Positions 56,673 through 64,000 of a stretch of 64,000 nucleotides of DNA are shown here, piece by piece. The notes under the pieces are model-generated. The model did no database searches and was not told where the DNA came from. It saw nothing but the letters and a program-made list of their open reading frames with translations. Made by a program: the position numbers and the translations under genes. The stretch's first letter is position 1; the number at the start of each line of letters is the position of its first letter. The stretch lies in the IMG/VR virus record IMGVR_UViG_3300046616_000314, positions 310,001 through 374,000 of that record, one strand, 5' to 3'.

Positions 56673-56905
56673 AGACTTACCCAGTATCGATATGGAAGTA
56701 TTACGATACTGACGGTTGGTTGATAACCGAAACCCGTGATGAGATATTGCCGGATATTGTTCTGCATTCAGAATACCATGAATGGTGCATGAAACATCTT
56801 GGCTATTACCCAATGACGTTATATACTGATTCGTCAGACGATTATGTTGACGTGGAATTTGAAACGGACGACCACGCGGCATTGTTTATATTGAAGTGGG
56901 GATAA
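56669..56905 (+). CDS. FKLKW-family small protein
   Basis: GWL ... WCMKHLGYYP ... DHAALFILKWG. Confidence 0.8.
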   Translation: MKTYPVSIWKYYDTDGWLITETRDEILPDIVLHSEYHEWCMKHLGYYPMTLYTDSSDDYVDVEFETDDHAALFILKWG

Positions 56906-57177
56906 TGCCGCCTATCGACGTGACATACATTCACCGAGACCTTCCGCATCTTATGGTGTGGAAGAAGGCGGATGATATCACCCGTGGCGGCGGAATAAGC
57001 ACGGAATTTGTCATGTCCGATTATTTCCGCCAATGGTGCATGGAAAACGTCGGCTATCTTCCCGAAGTGTGGATGGATAACCTTCGACTACGTAATTCGA
57101 TGGATGAGCATTTCTGGGTGAAGTTCATCTTCGATGATCCAGAGCACGCTATGTTGTTCAGGTTCAAATTCCAATGA
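56905..57177 (+). CDS. FKLKW-family small protein
   Basis: WCMENVGYLP ... EHAMLFRFKFQ. Confidence 0.8.
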   Translation: MPPIDVTYIHRDLPHLMVWKKADDITRGGGISTEFVMSDYFRQWCMENVGYLPEVWMDNLRLRNSMDEHFWVKFIFDDPEHAMLFRFKFQ

Positions 57178-57428
57178 CCCGCAACGAAACGATCTACTTC
57201 AACCCAGAGCAAACGCCGTTTCGGTATAGCCGTAAGCGGGCTCTTGTCATTGGGCTAGCCAGCCACAATGCATCGCGGTTTGGGCACCTTACAGATGAAG
57301 CCAATGCCATTACGAAATGGATGGATACCAATGGCATCATGTGGTGGTGGCGTGGGATGCTGGGGAATTACACCACGATTGGAATTTATGAAAAAGACTT
57401 TCCTTATTTCAAATTGAAATGGCTATGA
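57174..57428 (+). CDS. FKLKW-family small protein
   Basis: KWMDTNGI ... EKDFPYFKLKWL. Confidence 0.75.
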   Translation: MTRNETIYFNPEQTPFRYSRKRALVIGLASHNASRFGHLTDEANAITKWMDTNGIMWWWRGMLGNYTTIGIYEKDFPYFKLKWL

Positions 57429-57658
57429 CCGAACTAGTGATCGAATATGACACCTTCATGGATGTCGATGGCTGGTTCATCGACCCACGGTATCGGCGTA
57501 ACGATCCGTTCACGTCATGGTGCATGGAAAATCTTGGCTATTATCCCAAGGCAGAAATGCGCTCTACGGCACCGCCGACCGAGAGTTATTCTACCGGAGT
57601 GGTTGGACATTTCCTAAGCGACGATCATGCCGCCATGTTCAAGTTGAAATGGCTATGA
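57425..57658 (+). CDS. FKLKW-family small protein
   Basis: GWF ... WCMENLGYYP ... DHAAMFKLKWL. Confidence 0.8.
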   Translation: MTELVIEYDTFMDVDGWFIDPRYRRNDPFTSWCMENLGYYPKAEMRSTAPPTESYSTGVVGHFLSDDHAAMFKLKWL

Positions 57659-57879
57659 TTACTGTCCCGGTTGAATATCACGTGTATTATGAGATTGAAG
57701 GCTGGTACGTCAATCAACATGAGCCGGATACTGAGGACGACGCCCATTTTAGCAAATGGTGTATGAACACTCTTGGTTATTATCCATGGATTCACTACTC
57801 ACGAAGCGGCTTCGGTGAGCTTACCGCAAATTTCGAGACTGCCGAAGACGCAGCAGTATTCAGGTTGAAATGGCTATGA
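57655..57879 (+). CDS. FKLKW-family small protein
   Basis: GWY ... WCMNTLGYYP ... EDAAVFRLKWL. Confidence 0.8.
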   Translation: MITVPVEYHVYYEIEGWYVNQHEPDTEDDAHFSKWCMNTLGYYPWIHYSRSGFGELTANFETAEDAAVFRLKWL

Positions 57880-58106
57880 CCAGTATTCTCGTTCGGTATG
57901 GGACCTATGCACGAGTCGATGGCTGGTACATGGATTGGGAATTTTCAAAGCCCGAAGAGGCTTTTGTACTCTGGTGCGATAAGCATCTAGGTTATTATCC
58001 CAAAACTACATCTGTTCGCAACACATTGAATGGCAGTACGGAATTTGTTAGAGTAGAATTAGAAAACGATGACCATGCAATGTTGTTCAAGTTGAAGTGG
58101 CTATGA
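57876..58106 (+). CDS. FKLKW-family small protein
   Basis: GWY ... WCDKHLGYYP ... DHAMLFKLKWL. Confidence 0.8.
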   Translation: MTSILVRYGTYARVDGWYMDWEFSKPEEAFVLWCDKHLGYYPKTTSVRNTLNGSTEFVRVELENDDHAMLFKLKWL

Positions 58107-58474
58107 GAATTCGTCAGCTTTCCTTCCCGGTTGTGAACAGCAAAGAGGTTGTCACCTTCTATTTTGCTGCGATCCCCACGCGCCTAATCTTCGGCGACGT
58201 GAACGCCCAGGATTGGTTGAGACAGAACTGTGGGTTTTGTAATACTGAACTGATTTTCAATCCCGTTGAGCGTGCCATTCGTAAAGACTTCTACGAAAGC
58301 AATGTCATGTGGGGTTTGATTATAGACGCAAACGATACAGAAACATCGGGCTATGGGCGTATGTTCTATAAATTGTGTGAGCCTGATATGTCCGAATATC
58401 TCACGCGCAGTTATTGCATTTGGTTTCGGCGCGAAGAAGATGCGGCAATGTTCAAGATGAAATATCATGGATAG
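58103..58474 (+). CDS. FKLKW-family protein
   Basis: DWLRQNCG ... WFRREEDAAMFKMKY. Confidence 0.8.
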   Translation: MRIRQLSFPVVNSKEVVTFYFAAIPTRLIFGDVNAQDWLRQNCGFCNTELIFNPVERAIRKDFYESNVMWGLIIDANDTETSGYGRMFYKLCEPDMSEYLTRSYCIWFRREEDAAMFKMKYHG

Positions 58475-58994
58475 AATTACGATCATGGGTCCGACCGAGA
58501 CCCACGAGCTTTCCGGGTATTCCCTGAATCACGCGATTGCCTATGTCTCCAATTTCATATCGCTTCGCGAACACGTTATCAAATGGTTGAACACCTATCA
58601 GATCAACGTGACCGTTCAAGTTATCGCTTCGCAGCAATACAACGCCAAGAAAGAGCGGCTTGATGCACGTAACCAAGGCTATGACAAAATCGGACGTAAG
58701 ATCATCTTGCGTTTCGAGCGTGATTCCGAAGCGTTGCTATTCTGGTATCACCATGATCTGAAACACACGGTTCATTTTTGCGACAAGTTGGGTCAGCACA
58801 TTCATTATGGTGATCGCCGGTATTATTTCACCGCACATATTGAAGACTGGATTGCGGAAAATGATATCCTTGTCCCGCTGATTGATCGAACAGCGAAGAC
58901 ATTTCAAGAAGGCGTGACCGAAGTCGGATATCACTATGATATCTGGTTTGCTAAGGACGAACATGCTACAATGTTTAAATTGAAATGGGGCTGA
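58467..58994 (+). CDS. FKLKW-family protein, two tandem domains
   Basis: KWLNTY..LRFERDSEALLF; DWIAEND..IWFAKDEHATMFKLKWG. Confidence 0.8.
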   Translation: MDRITIMGPTETHELSGYSLNHAIAYVSNFISLREHVIKWLNTYQINVTVQVIASQQYNAKKERLDARNQGYDKIGRKIILRFERDSEALLFWYHHDLKHTVHFCDKLGQHIHYGDRRYYFTAHIEDWIAENDILVPLIDRTAKTFQEGVTEVGYHYDIWFAKDEHATMFKLKWG

Positions 58995-58996
58995 AG

Positions 58997-59311
58997 ATGT
59001 TCGTTGATTACGAAAAAATCGGCACGTACTTGATGATTATGGCTGGCATTGGGATGCTGTTCCTTGTGCCTCTCATCTTCATCGCAGGCGACCAATCCTT
59101 TGACGATGCCGTTGCAAAGCAAATGGTCGTTGATCGCGGCTACACCAGTGTTCGAATCGACCAACCGGCGCCTATGCAATGCGCTGGACGCTATCAGACC
59201 AACTCACGCTATTTTGTGGCGAAGCGTACAGATGGACGATGGGCACGGGGTGTATTATGCGCCGGAACGTTCAATCAGAACGTCGATGTCAAAGAATACA
59301 AAGTCTACTAG
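58997..59311 (+). CDS. membrane-anchored protein
   Basis: N-terminal TM, two Cys; sits at the convergence point of the two arrays. Confidence 0.65.
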   Translation: MFVDYEKIGTYLMIMAGIGMLFLVPLIFIAGDQSFDDAVAKQMVVDRGYTSVRIDQPAPMQCAGRYQTNSRYFVAKRTDGRWARGVLCAGTFNQNVDVKEYKVY

Positions 59312-59523
59312 CCGTACTTCAGCTTCAGCATAGCCGCTGCATCTTCGTTCTTATGATACATCTGTATTCTGAGCATTCGGGGATCGCCGAAGCTATAGCC
59401 CCAACGTGTTCCAAAATTTGACGCCATGAACTGATATAGTTCATCGGTCAACATGAAATCGTCTGCATTGCCTGCCATTGGCAAATACACGGTGTGGAAA
59501 CACTCGTCAGTAGCGGTTTTCAT
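59308..59523 (-). CDS. FKLKW-family small protein
   Basis: ELYQFMASNFG ... NEDAAAMLKLKYG. Confidence 0.75.
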   Translation of the reverse strand: MKTATDECFHTVYLPMAGNADDFMLTDELYQFMASNFGTRWGYSFGDPRMLRIQMYHKNEDAAAMLKLKYG

Positions 59524-59876
59524 TGCGTAACCCATAGTAAGCGCATAAGCGTCATATCTTCTTCACTAGTGAAGAAAAACCGATGTAGTTTCGGATGAAT
59601 CGGGTCTTCAGCCATGATGAAATACGTCCAAGGCTGAAACGTAATCTTTTTCGGGACAATATTCAACATATTATCGAGAAAGCTTTTGTTGCTGGTATGG
59701 TATTCGATATCAAACGTGAATAGTTCTTTGTGTTCAAGCATGTCATTAATATACGACATGATCCAATCTATGTTTTCATTCGTGGCGGTAATGTAATGGA
59801 AGCTCAAGCGTCGCAAACCTTGTTCGGCGGCGCGAGCATATACTTCATCAAGGTCTTTGGAGGTTATTTTAGGCAT
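59520..59876 (-). CDS. FKLKW-family protein
   Basis: FFFTSEEDMTLMRLLW. Confidence 0.7.
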   Translation of the reverse strand: MPKITSKDLDEVYARAAEQGLRRLSFHYITATNENIDWIMSYINDMLEHKELFTFDIEYHTSNKSFLDNMLNIVPKKITFQPWTYFIMAEDPIHPKLHRFFFTSEEDMTLMRLLWVTQ

Positions 59877-60109
59877 CAGCCGAACTTCATCTTTACAAGC
59901 GCAATGTCATCATCCGTGCCCGCAAAAGTGCTGATGGTGATGATTTTGGTCAAAGGATTCATCGAATAGCTCCAAGCTAATTCGAACGTTTGGCTCATAT
60001 ACATATACAGTTCGTAAGACAAGAACATGGTTCTGCTATGCCGAGTGTCGGTTGTGCGCTCACTGAACGCCAGTTCGATCTTACGGGTATTGATAATGTG
60101 ATACTTCAT
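59876..60109 (-). CDS. FKLKW-family small protein
   Basis: ELYMYMSQTF ... TDDDIALVKMKFG. Confidence 0.7.
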   Translation of the reverse strand: MKYHIINTRKIELAFSERTTDTRHSRTMFLSYELYMYMSQTFELAWSYSMNPLTKIITISTFAGTDDDIALVKMKFG

Positions 60110-60348
60110 AGGAATTTCAGCTTGAATAGCATCGCGATCTCTTCATCATTGAAGTTGATGATGAAACGTTTGCGGTTCGACAATAGCAATCCCGTCACGA
60201 ATTGAAACCCTGGTGGGGCAATGCCGTGGTCGTTGAACCATTCCAGCACGTGCGGACGGTATTCCCAACGCGCAGACGGTCCAACGATGAAAATCTTATC
60301 ATCGGTGTCTGACGCCCATTTGCGGGCTGATTCGTGAATGACCTTCAT
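60106..60348 (-). CDS. FKLKW-family small protein
   Basis: EWFNDHGI.PP ... DEEIAMLFKLKFL. Confidence 0.8.
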   Translation of the reverse strand: MKVIHESARKWASDTDDKIFIVGPSARWEYRPHVLEWFNDHGIAPPGFQFVTGLLLSNRKRFIINFNDEEIAMLFKLKFL

Positions 60349-60560
60349 AGCCATTTCATCTTGAATGCAACGGCTTCTTCACTCGATAAGAATTCGAGGA
60401 CGATCATGTCTTTGGTGGCACTTTTAGTGATAGATGGAAGGCTGATGCCATTGGCATTGCACCATTGCTTCACTTCGCCCGAAAGTCTCGCCTGCCACGA
60501 ATTGTAGTAGACGATTTCTTTGGCGGCGGGCAAATGATAGGAAAAGGCGATTGTCTTCAT
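60345..60560 (-). CDS. FKLKW-family small protein
   Basis: QWCNANGI.LP ... SEEAVAFKMKWL. Confidence 0.8.
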   Translation of the reverse strand: MKTIAFSYHLPAAKEIVYYNSWQARLSGEVKQWCNANGISLPSITKSATKDMIVLEFLSSEEAVAFKMKWL

Positions 60561-60790
60561 AGGAATTTCAGCTTGAACATGGCTGCATCGTCCTCACTAG
60601 CGAACGTCAACACAAAGCCGTTTGCAGTCTTACCAGTATACCGAAGTTCTCGAAAACAAATCAATTTAATTCCGGCGGCGAGAAGTTGCGTTCTCCCCTC
60701 CCTGGTAAGACGGCGATTGTAGGACCCATGTTCGACGCTCAAAAAAGTGAATTCAATGAACTGCGAATATGTAACAGTAAGGTCGCTCAT
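60557..60790 (-). CDS. FKLKW-family small protein
   Basis: LTFASEDDAAMFKLKFL. Confidence 0.8.
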   Translation of the reverse strand: MSDLTVTYSQFIEFTFLSVEHGSYNRRLTREGRTQLLAAGIKLICFRELRYTGKTANGFVLTFASEDDAAMFKLKFL

Positions 60791-61035
60791 GACCATTTCA
60801 TCTTGAACATCATGGCATCCTCATCCGTATAAAATGAGAATACGTACATATAGGACAACACCACTTCGCCGGGAAAGTGTGCAGCGTTGAATGCTGTCGT
60901 GTTGATACGCGGTTCTCGCGCCAAATTCTTTCCACACCAGATGCGAATGTCTTTGCGCAAAACATCGTGATCGTGCGATTGGATATTAATGTAATCGCGA
61001 ATGTTGTACGGGTGGATATAGACACAATTACTCAT
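60787..61035 (-). CDS. FKLKW-family small protein
   Basis: IWCGKNL ... TDEDAMMFKMKWS. Confidence 0.8.
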   Translation of the reverse strand: MSNCVYIHPYNIRDYINIQSHDHDVLRKDIRIWCGKNLAREPRINTTAFNAAHFPGEVVLSYMYVFSFYTDEDAMMFKMKWS

Positions 61036-61718
61036 GACGCCCATTTCATCTTGTAGATAAGGCGGGCTTCGTCCGTGGGGAGGAAGAGGAAGTTTTCTTT
61101 GCTATTCCAATTCCAAATGAATTCGCATTTGTGTTGGATGATGAGATCGTAAAGGGCGCCGTCGAACGCTTTGTCAGGCGTATTATATTCCGACTGTTCC
61201 TTGATCCAACTCGACGTACACCGGGTTGGGTCTAGTAGCGGCGTGGGGACGTATTCGAAGCCGATTCTATTCCACGTGTATTGCCCTGGACGTTCACCGT
61301 AGCCGAGACGTTGAACAAGATCGTAGGTCAGGTGAACATACGTTTCACCAAATGCTTCATCGTATTTTGCCAAGAAGGCGCACTGATCCGGTGTGACCGG
61401 ATTGGCGAATTCAAGATGGAAAATGGTGACGTGTTTTGGATTCTTGCGGTTCAGGGGACGATTGATGTTCGTCCGACGCAGCAACGGCAATTGCCCGAAG
61501 TGTTCAAGAAACCACGCTTGATAATCGGGTGCGATCTGCGACCAATACCAATTGGTGCTCCCGATGTCGATTCGTTCGTCGTCATGCCCGGCATGTTCAC
61601 CGAACCAGAAAGCGGCGAGATTATTCGAGATAAGAATCTCTACCGTAGGCTTAACTTCAGGCAAGCGCGTATGATTGCTGCCTACCTTGATGACCGTGAT
61701 ATTGGTAAGTTTTCCCAT
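61032..61718 (-). CDS. FKLKW-family protein, probably two domains (leaderless)
   Basis: AWFLEHFG..P; PTDEARLIYKMKW; TAGACA-N17-TATTGT 6 nt before ATG. Confidence 0.75.
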   Translation of the reverse strand: MGKLTNITVIKVGSNHTRLPEVKPTVEILISNNLAAFWFGEHAGHDDERIDIGSTNWYWSQIAPDYQAWFLEHFGQLPLLRRTNINRPLNRKNPKHVTIFHLEFANPVTPDQCAFLAKYDEAFGETYVHLTYDLVQRLGYGERPGQYTWNRIGFEYVPTPLLDPTRCTSSWIKEQSEYNTPDKAFDGALYDLIIQHKCEFIWNWNSKENFLFLPTDEARLIYKMKWAS

Positions 61719-61750
61719 GCGTAGACAATAAACGAAAATACGTTCGTTGT

Positions 61751-62080
61751 CTAGTGCAAGTATACGTGCAAGAACTTCATCTTGAACATCGCCGCCATGT
61801 CTTCATCGGGAAAAGGAATGACGTATGTAATAGGGTGCTTTACTTTAGTACCATTGATTCGAGCCAACTGGTCTGCAAAGGCTGTCTCGCCCGTATCGGG
61901 TTCTTCGATGCCCAGTGATGCCAGAACCTCTTCGGACTGTTCTGGGGGCACTTCAGCAATCTCTACACCCCGTTCGTCGCACCATTCTTGCACGGTGCGA
62001 TAAAGCTCGCGACGTTTCGCCCAACCGTTGAAGTGGGTCAGCTTGAATACTTGTTCTTCTGTGAGATAGAGATAAAACAT
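61751..62080 (-). CDS. FKLKW-family small protein
   Basis: EWCDERGV ... PDEDMAAMFKMKFL. Confidence 0.8.
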   Translation of the reverse strand: MFYLYLTEEQVFKLTHFNGWAKRRELYRTVQEWCDERGVEIAEVPPEQSEEVLASLGIEEPDTGETAFADQLARINGTKVKHPITYVIPFPDEDMAAMFKMKFLHVYLH

Positions 62081-62087
62081 GAGATAT

Positions 62088-62348
62088 TTATAGCCATTTC
62101 AATTTGAACAATGTCGCGTCATCTTCAGATTGGAATTCAATACTGTAGCTATTGATAGTTTTGTCTTCGGGGTCTTCATCAGACCAATTAAGGTGCGTGG
62201 TGATCTTGATGTCATATCCCAGGTTGTCGAGACACCATTCACAAACTTCTTTGCCATGGATAGCAGGACGATAGTCGCGACCAATATAGCTCCATTCACA
62301 GAGTAAGGTGTAGCCCTTCTCTTTGGTCAAATGCAATCGCGAAGTCAT
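62088..62348 (-). CDS. FKLKW-family small protein
   Basis: EWCLDNLGY ... SEDDATLFKLKWL. Confidence 0.8.
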   Translation of the reverse strand: MTSRLHLTKEKGYTLLCEWSYIGRDYRPAIHGKEVCEWCLDNLGYDIKITTHLNWSDEDPEDKTINSYSIEFQSEDDATLFKLKWL

Positions 62349-62665
62349 AGCCATTTCATCTTGAACATCAGTAGATCGGCTGCGGTCTTGAATTTCAAAG
62401 AATAGTAATGGGTGGCGTCCGAATGTTTGGGAGCTTTGTGACGCAGAAATAGCGGAACAAGTTCTAGATTTTGATCACACCATTCTTCAATATTTGCGGC
62501 TAGTCTATAGCTATTGCACAAACGGTTGCCGACCATGCGAAAAACAAAATAGTCTCGCCAGTTCGCGCTTGGAACATCGATGGTAATTTTGTTTCGCACT
62601 GATATTGGCACCTTGATTACGTGCTTCAGGTCTGATGCGCGAAGGTTTCTGGGATACTCAGTCAT
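62345..62665 (-). CDS. FKLKW-family small protein
   Basis: EWCDQNL ... TAADLLMFKMKWL. Confidence 0.8.
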   Translation of the reverse strand: MTEYPRNLRASDLKHVIKVPISVRNKITIDVPSANWRDYFVFRMVGNRLCNSYRLAANIEEWCDQNLELVPLFLRHKAPKHSDATHYYSLKFKTAADLLMFKMKWL

Positions 62666-62931
62666 AGAAATTTCAACTTGAACTGGACCAATTGTTCGTC
62701 AGTGGAATCAGGCAAACAAATCAGCCATTCGTTACCAATCATTCCGCTATTACACGTGATGTACGGAAGGGGATCGAACCCGGCGATCTTACACCATTCG
62801 ATTTCATCTGGCTTGGTGATGTTGTACTCAAGTTCTTTCCCCTTCAGAACCGAGACACCATAGGGCGACCACGTTGCGAAACGAGTGAGCAACTGAGTAA
62901 TGTCGATGTCGATATAGCGATCTTGTTTCAT
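62662..62931 (-). CDS. FKLKW-family small protein
   Basis: EWCKIAGF ... TDEQLVQFKLKFL. Confidence 0.8.
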   Translation of the reverse strand: MKQDRYIDIDITQLLTRFATWSPYGVSVLKGKELEYNITKPDEIEWCKIAGFDPLPYITCNSGMIGNEWLICLPDSTDEQLVQFKLKFL

Positions 62932-63179
62932 AGCCACTTCAACTTGAACAGGGTCGCATCTTCTTCAGATCGAAATACCAGCTTGAGTTTTCCTACGTCT
63001 GGTTGATCAGCTTCTTGAATCCGGGGCGTAGCAATCTTGTTTTCAACACACCATTTTTTGATAGGAGGTACCCAACGGTATATGAAATATGGATTCCCCT
63101 CACTGGGATGATAATCAGGATTATGCTCTGAAAGGGTCAGAGGAATCAATGCGATATATTGACAAACGAGTGCAGTCAT
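62928..63179 (-). CDS. FKLKW-family small protein
   Basis: KWCVENKI.TP ... SEEDATLFKLKWL. Confidence 0.8.
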   Translation of the reverse strand: MTALVCQYIALIPLTLSEHNPDYHPSEGNPYFIYRWVPPIKKWCVENKIATPRIQEADQPDVGKLKLVFRSEEDATLFKLKWL

Positions 63180-63394
63180 AGCCACTTCATCTTGAACATC
63201 AACGCGGTTTCTTCGTCATCGAACACCAGTCGGAATTCTTCGTCGTCCCAGGACAGAGCGGGCATGGTAATCTTGTTGGTGGCGCACCATGACGCGACTT
63301 GCGGTCTCCAATTACACACATAGTTACCGTCTTGTGGGTAAGCGTCGATAACCAATTTAAATATCTGCATTTGTGGATAAAGATATTCAGTCAT
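63176..63394 (-). CDS. FKLKW-family small protein
   Basis: SWCATNKI.MP ... DEETALMFKMKWL. Confidence 0.8.
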   Translation of the reverse strand: MTEYLYPQMQIFKLVIDAYPQDGNYVCNWRPQVASWCATNKITMPALSWDDEEFRLVFDDEETALMFKMKWL

Positions 63395-63609
63395 AGCCAC
63401 TTCAGCTTGAATAACGTTGCGTCTTCATCGTTGCGATATCCTATCCGAAACTCTTGATCGTCTATTATGCTTTGGCGCAAGTATGGGATGATGATATCGT
63501 TGGCGATACACCACTTACTGACAGCCTCGTGCCAATACCACATGCCTGAAGGTCTATTACAGCGGCATAGGTCTTTCAGTTGCGTGTATGTGTAGTAGAT
63601 GAGGATCAT
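63391..63609 (-). CDS. FKLKW-family small protein
   Basis: KWCIANDI.IP ... DEDATLFKLKWL. Confidence 0.8.
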   Translation of the reverse strand: MILIYYTYTQLKDLCRCNRPSGMWYWHEAVSKWCIANDIIIPYLRQSIIDDQEFRIGYRNDEDATLFKLKWL

Positions 63610-63833
63610 CGCCATTTCAGTTTGAAGAGTGCCGCTTCTTCTTCGGTGTCGATAAACATATCATGAACCCAATCTGTAATATAGCCCACACGACTATAAA
63701 TTGGACAAGAATCTATATTATATACTATGCGATTATCGAAGCACCATTTCTCCATTTCGGGAAGCAACTCCCATTCATTCCAATCAAATTGGGTGACTTC
63801 GCGGTCGTATAGACTGATACGGGTACGGACCAT
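63606..63833 (-). CDS. FKLKW-family small protein
   Basis: KWCFDNRI ... TEEEAALFKLKWR. Confidence 0.8.
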   Translation of the reverse strand: MVRTRISLYDREVTQFDWNEWELLPEMEKWCFDNRIVYNIDSCPIYSRVGYITDWVHDMFIDTEEEAALFKLKWR

Positions 63834-63988
63834 CACACACCGGGTATGTGTCTAGAGTGATATTCCCGTTGATAATCGCTACACTGATCAAAATAGCCCG
63901 TCATGCAGATGGGACATTCGGGTTGATAATGTTCCTCTTCTTGCGAAGACCCTTGCCACCAATTCCAGATAGCCTTGAGAATTTTCAT
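63833..63988 (-). CDS. 51-aa non-family protein embedded in the array
   Basis: MKILKAIWNWW...ECPIC...; ATGA-coupled to an upstream ...FKWL* end and TGATG-coupled to the next gene. Confidence 0.55.
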   Translation of the reverse strand: MKILKAIWNWWQGSSQEEEHYQPECPICMTGYFDQCSDYQREYHSRHIPGV

Positions 63989-64000
63989 AGCCATTTGAAC

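Larger units (their letters stand above)
52250..58994 (+). repeat. tandem array of 23 FKLKW-family genes
   Basis: Consecutive ORFs ending in the shared motif; recurrent junction TTCAAG[TAC]TGAA[AG]TGG[CT]TATGA. Confidence 0.9.
59308..64000 (-). repeat. tandem array of 16+ FKLKW-family genes on the minus strand (continues past window)
   Basis: Recurrent plus-strand junction TCATAGCCA[CT]TTCA.CTTGAA; window ends inside another ...FKWL* end. Confidence 0.9.

Noticed and set aside
53231-63615. Shared 'MAM/MVM/MAL' N-termini in the ORF track as a conserved signal peptide
   Set aside because: Artefact: the upstream gene's AAA TGG CTA TGA contains an extra in-frame ATG. The ATG overlapping the stop is the more plausible start.
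52750-64000. Regularly spaced junction repeats as a CRISPR array
   Set aside because: Repeats are degenerate and protein-coding, the spacing is 200-600 bp of intact ORF, and no cas genes are present.
52250-64000. Classical integron or diversity-generating retroelement
   Set aside because: No tyrosine recombinase or reverse transcriptase in the window, no attC-like hairpins (there is almost no intergenic DNA), and no template/variable repeat pair with adenine-specific differences seen.

Overview
A 64 kb segment of a large myovirus-type (T4-like head module) phage, probably infecting an alphaproteobacterium (inferred from a MucR-like gene start, TTAACCAT sites, many leaderless genes and GC-rich early-gene codons). 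Core genes: portal, prohead protease, scaffold, major capsid protein, a tape-measure-like gene with a frameshifted tail-chaperone/hub pair, gp46/SbcC, RFC-type clamp loader, a DNA Pol III alpha fragment, GroES, PhoH, thymidine kinase, RNase H and a resolvase. Candidate counter-defence and nucleotide enzymes: NADAR, macrodomain, 2H phosphoesterase, HNH-RNA ligase plus kinase/phosphatase, HD hydrolases and MazG. There is also a tRNA-Gly(TCC) and a stand-alone GlyRS-like catalytic core. The dominant unexplained feature is a family of about 60 small, highly divergent paralogues that share an internal W-C/x-x-x-x-G helix and the C-terminal motif F-x-[ST]-[ED]-[ED]-[DH]-A-x-x-F-[KR]-[LM]-K-[WF]-[LG]. 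About 39 of them form two convergent, translationally coupled tandem arrays (52.2-64 kb) and about 24 are dispersed. Also found: a candidate antisense sRNA whose repeated motif is complementary to a hairpin loop in a neighbouring mRNA leader, and a multi-pseudoknot leader upstream of the scaffold/capsid operon. All calls come from motif recognition by eye; no searches were run.
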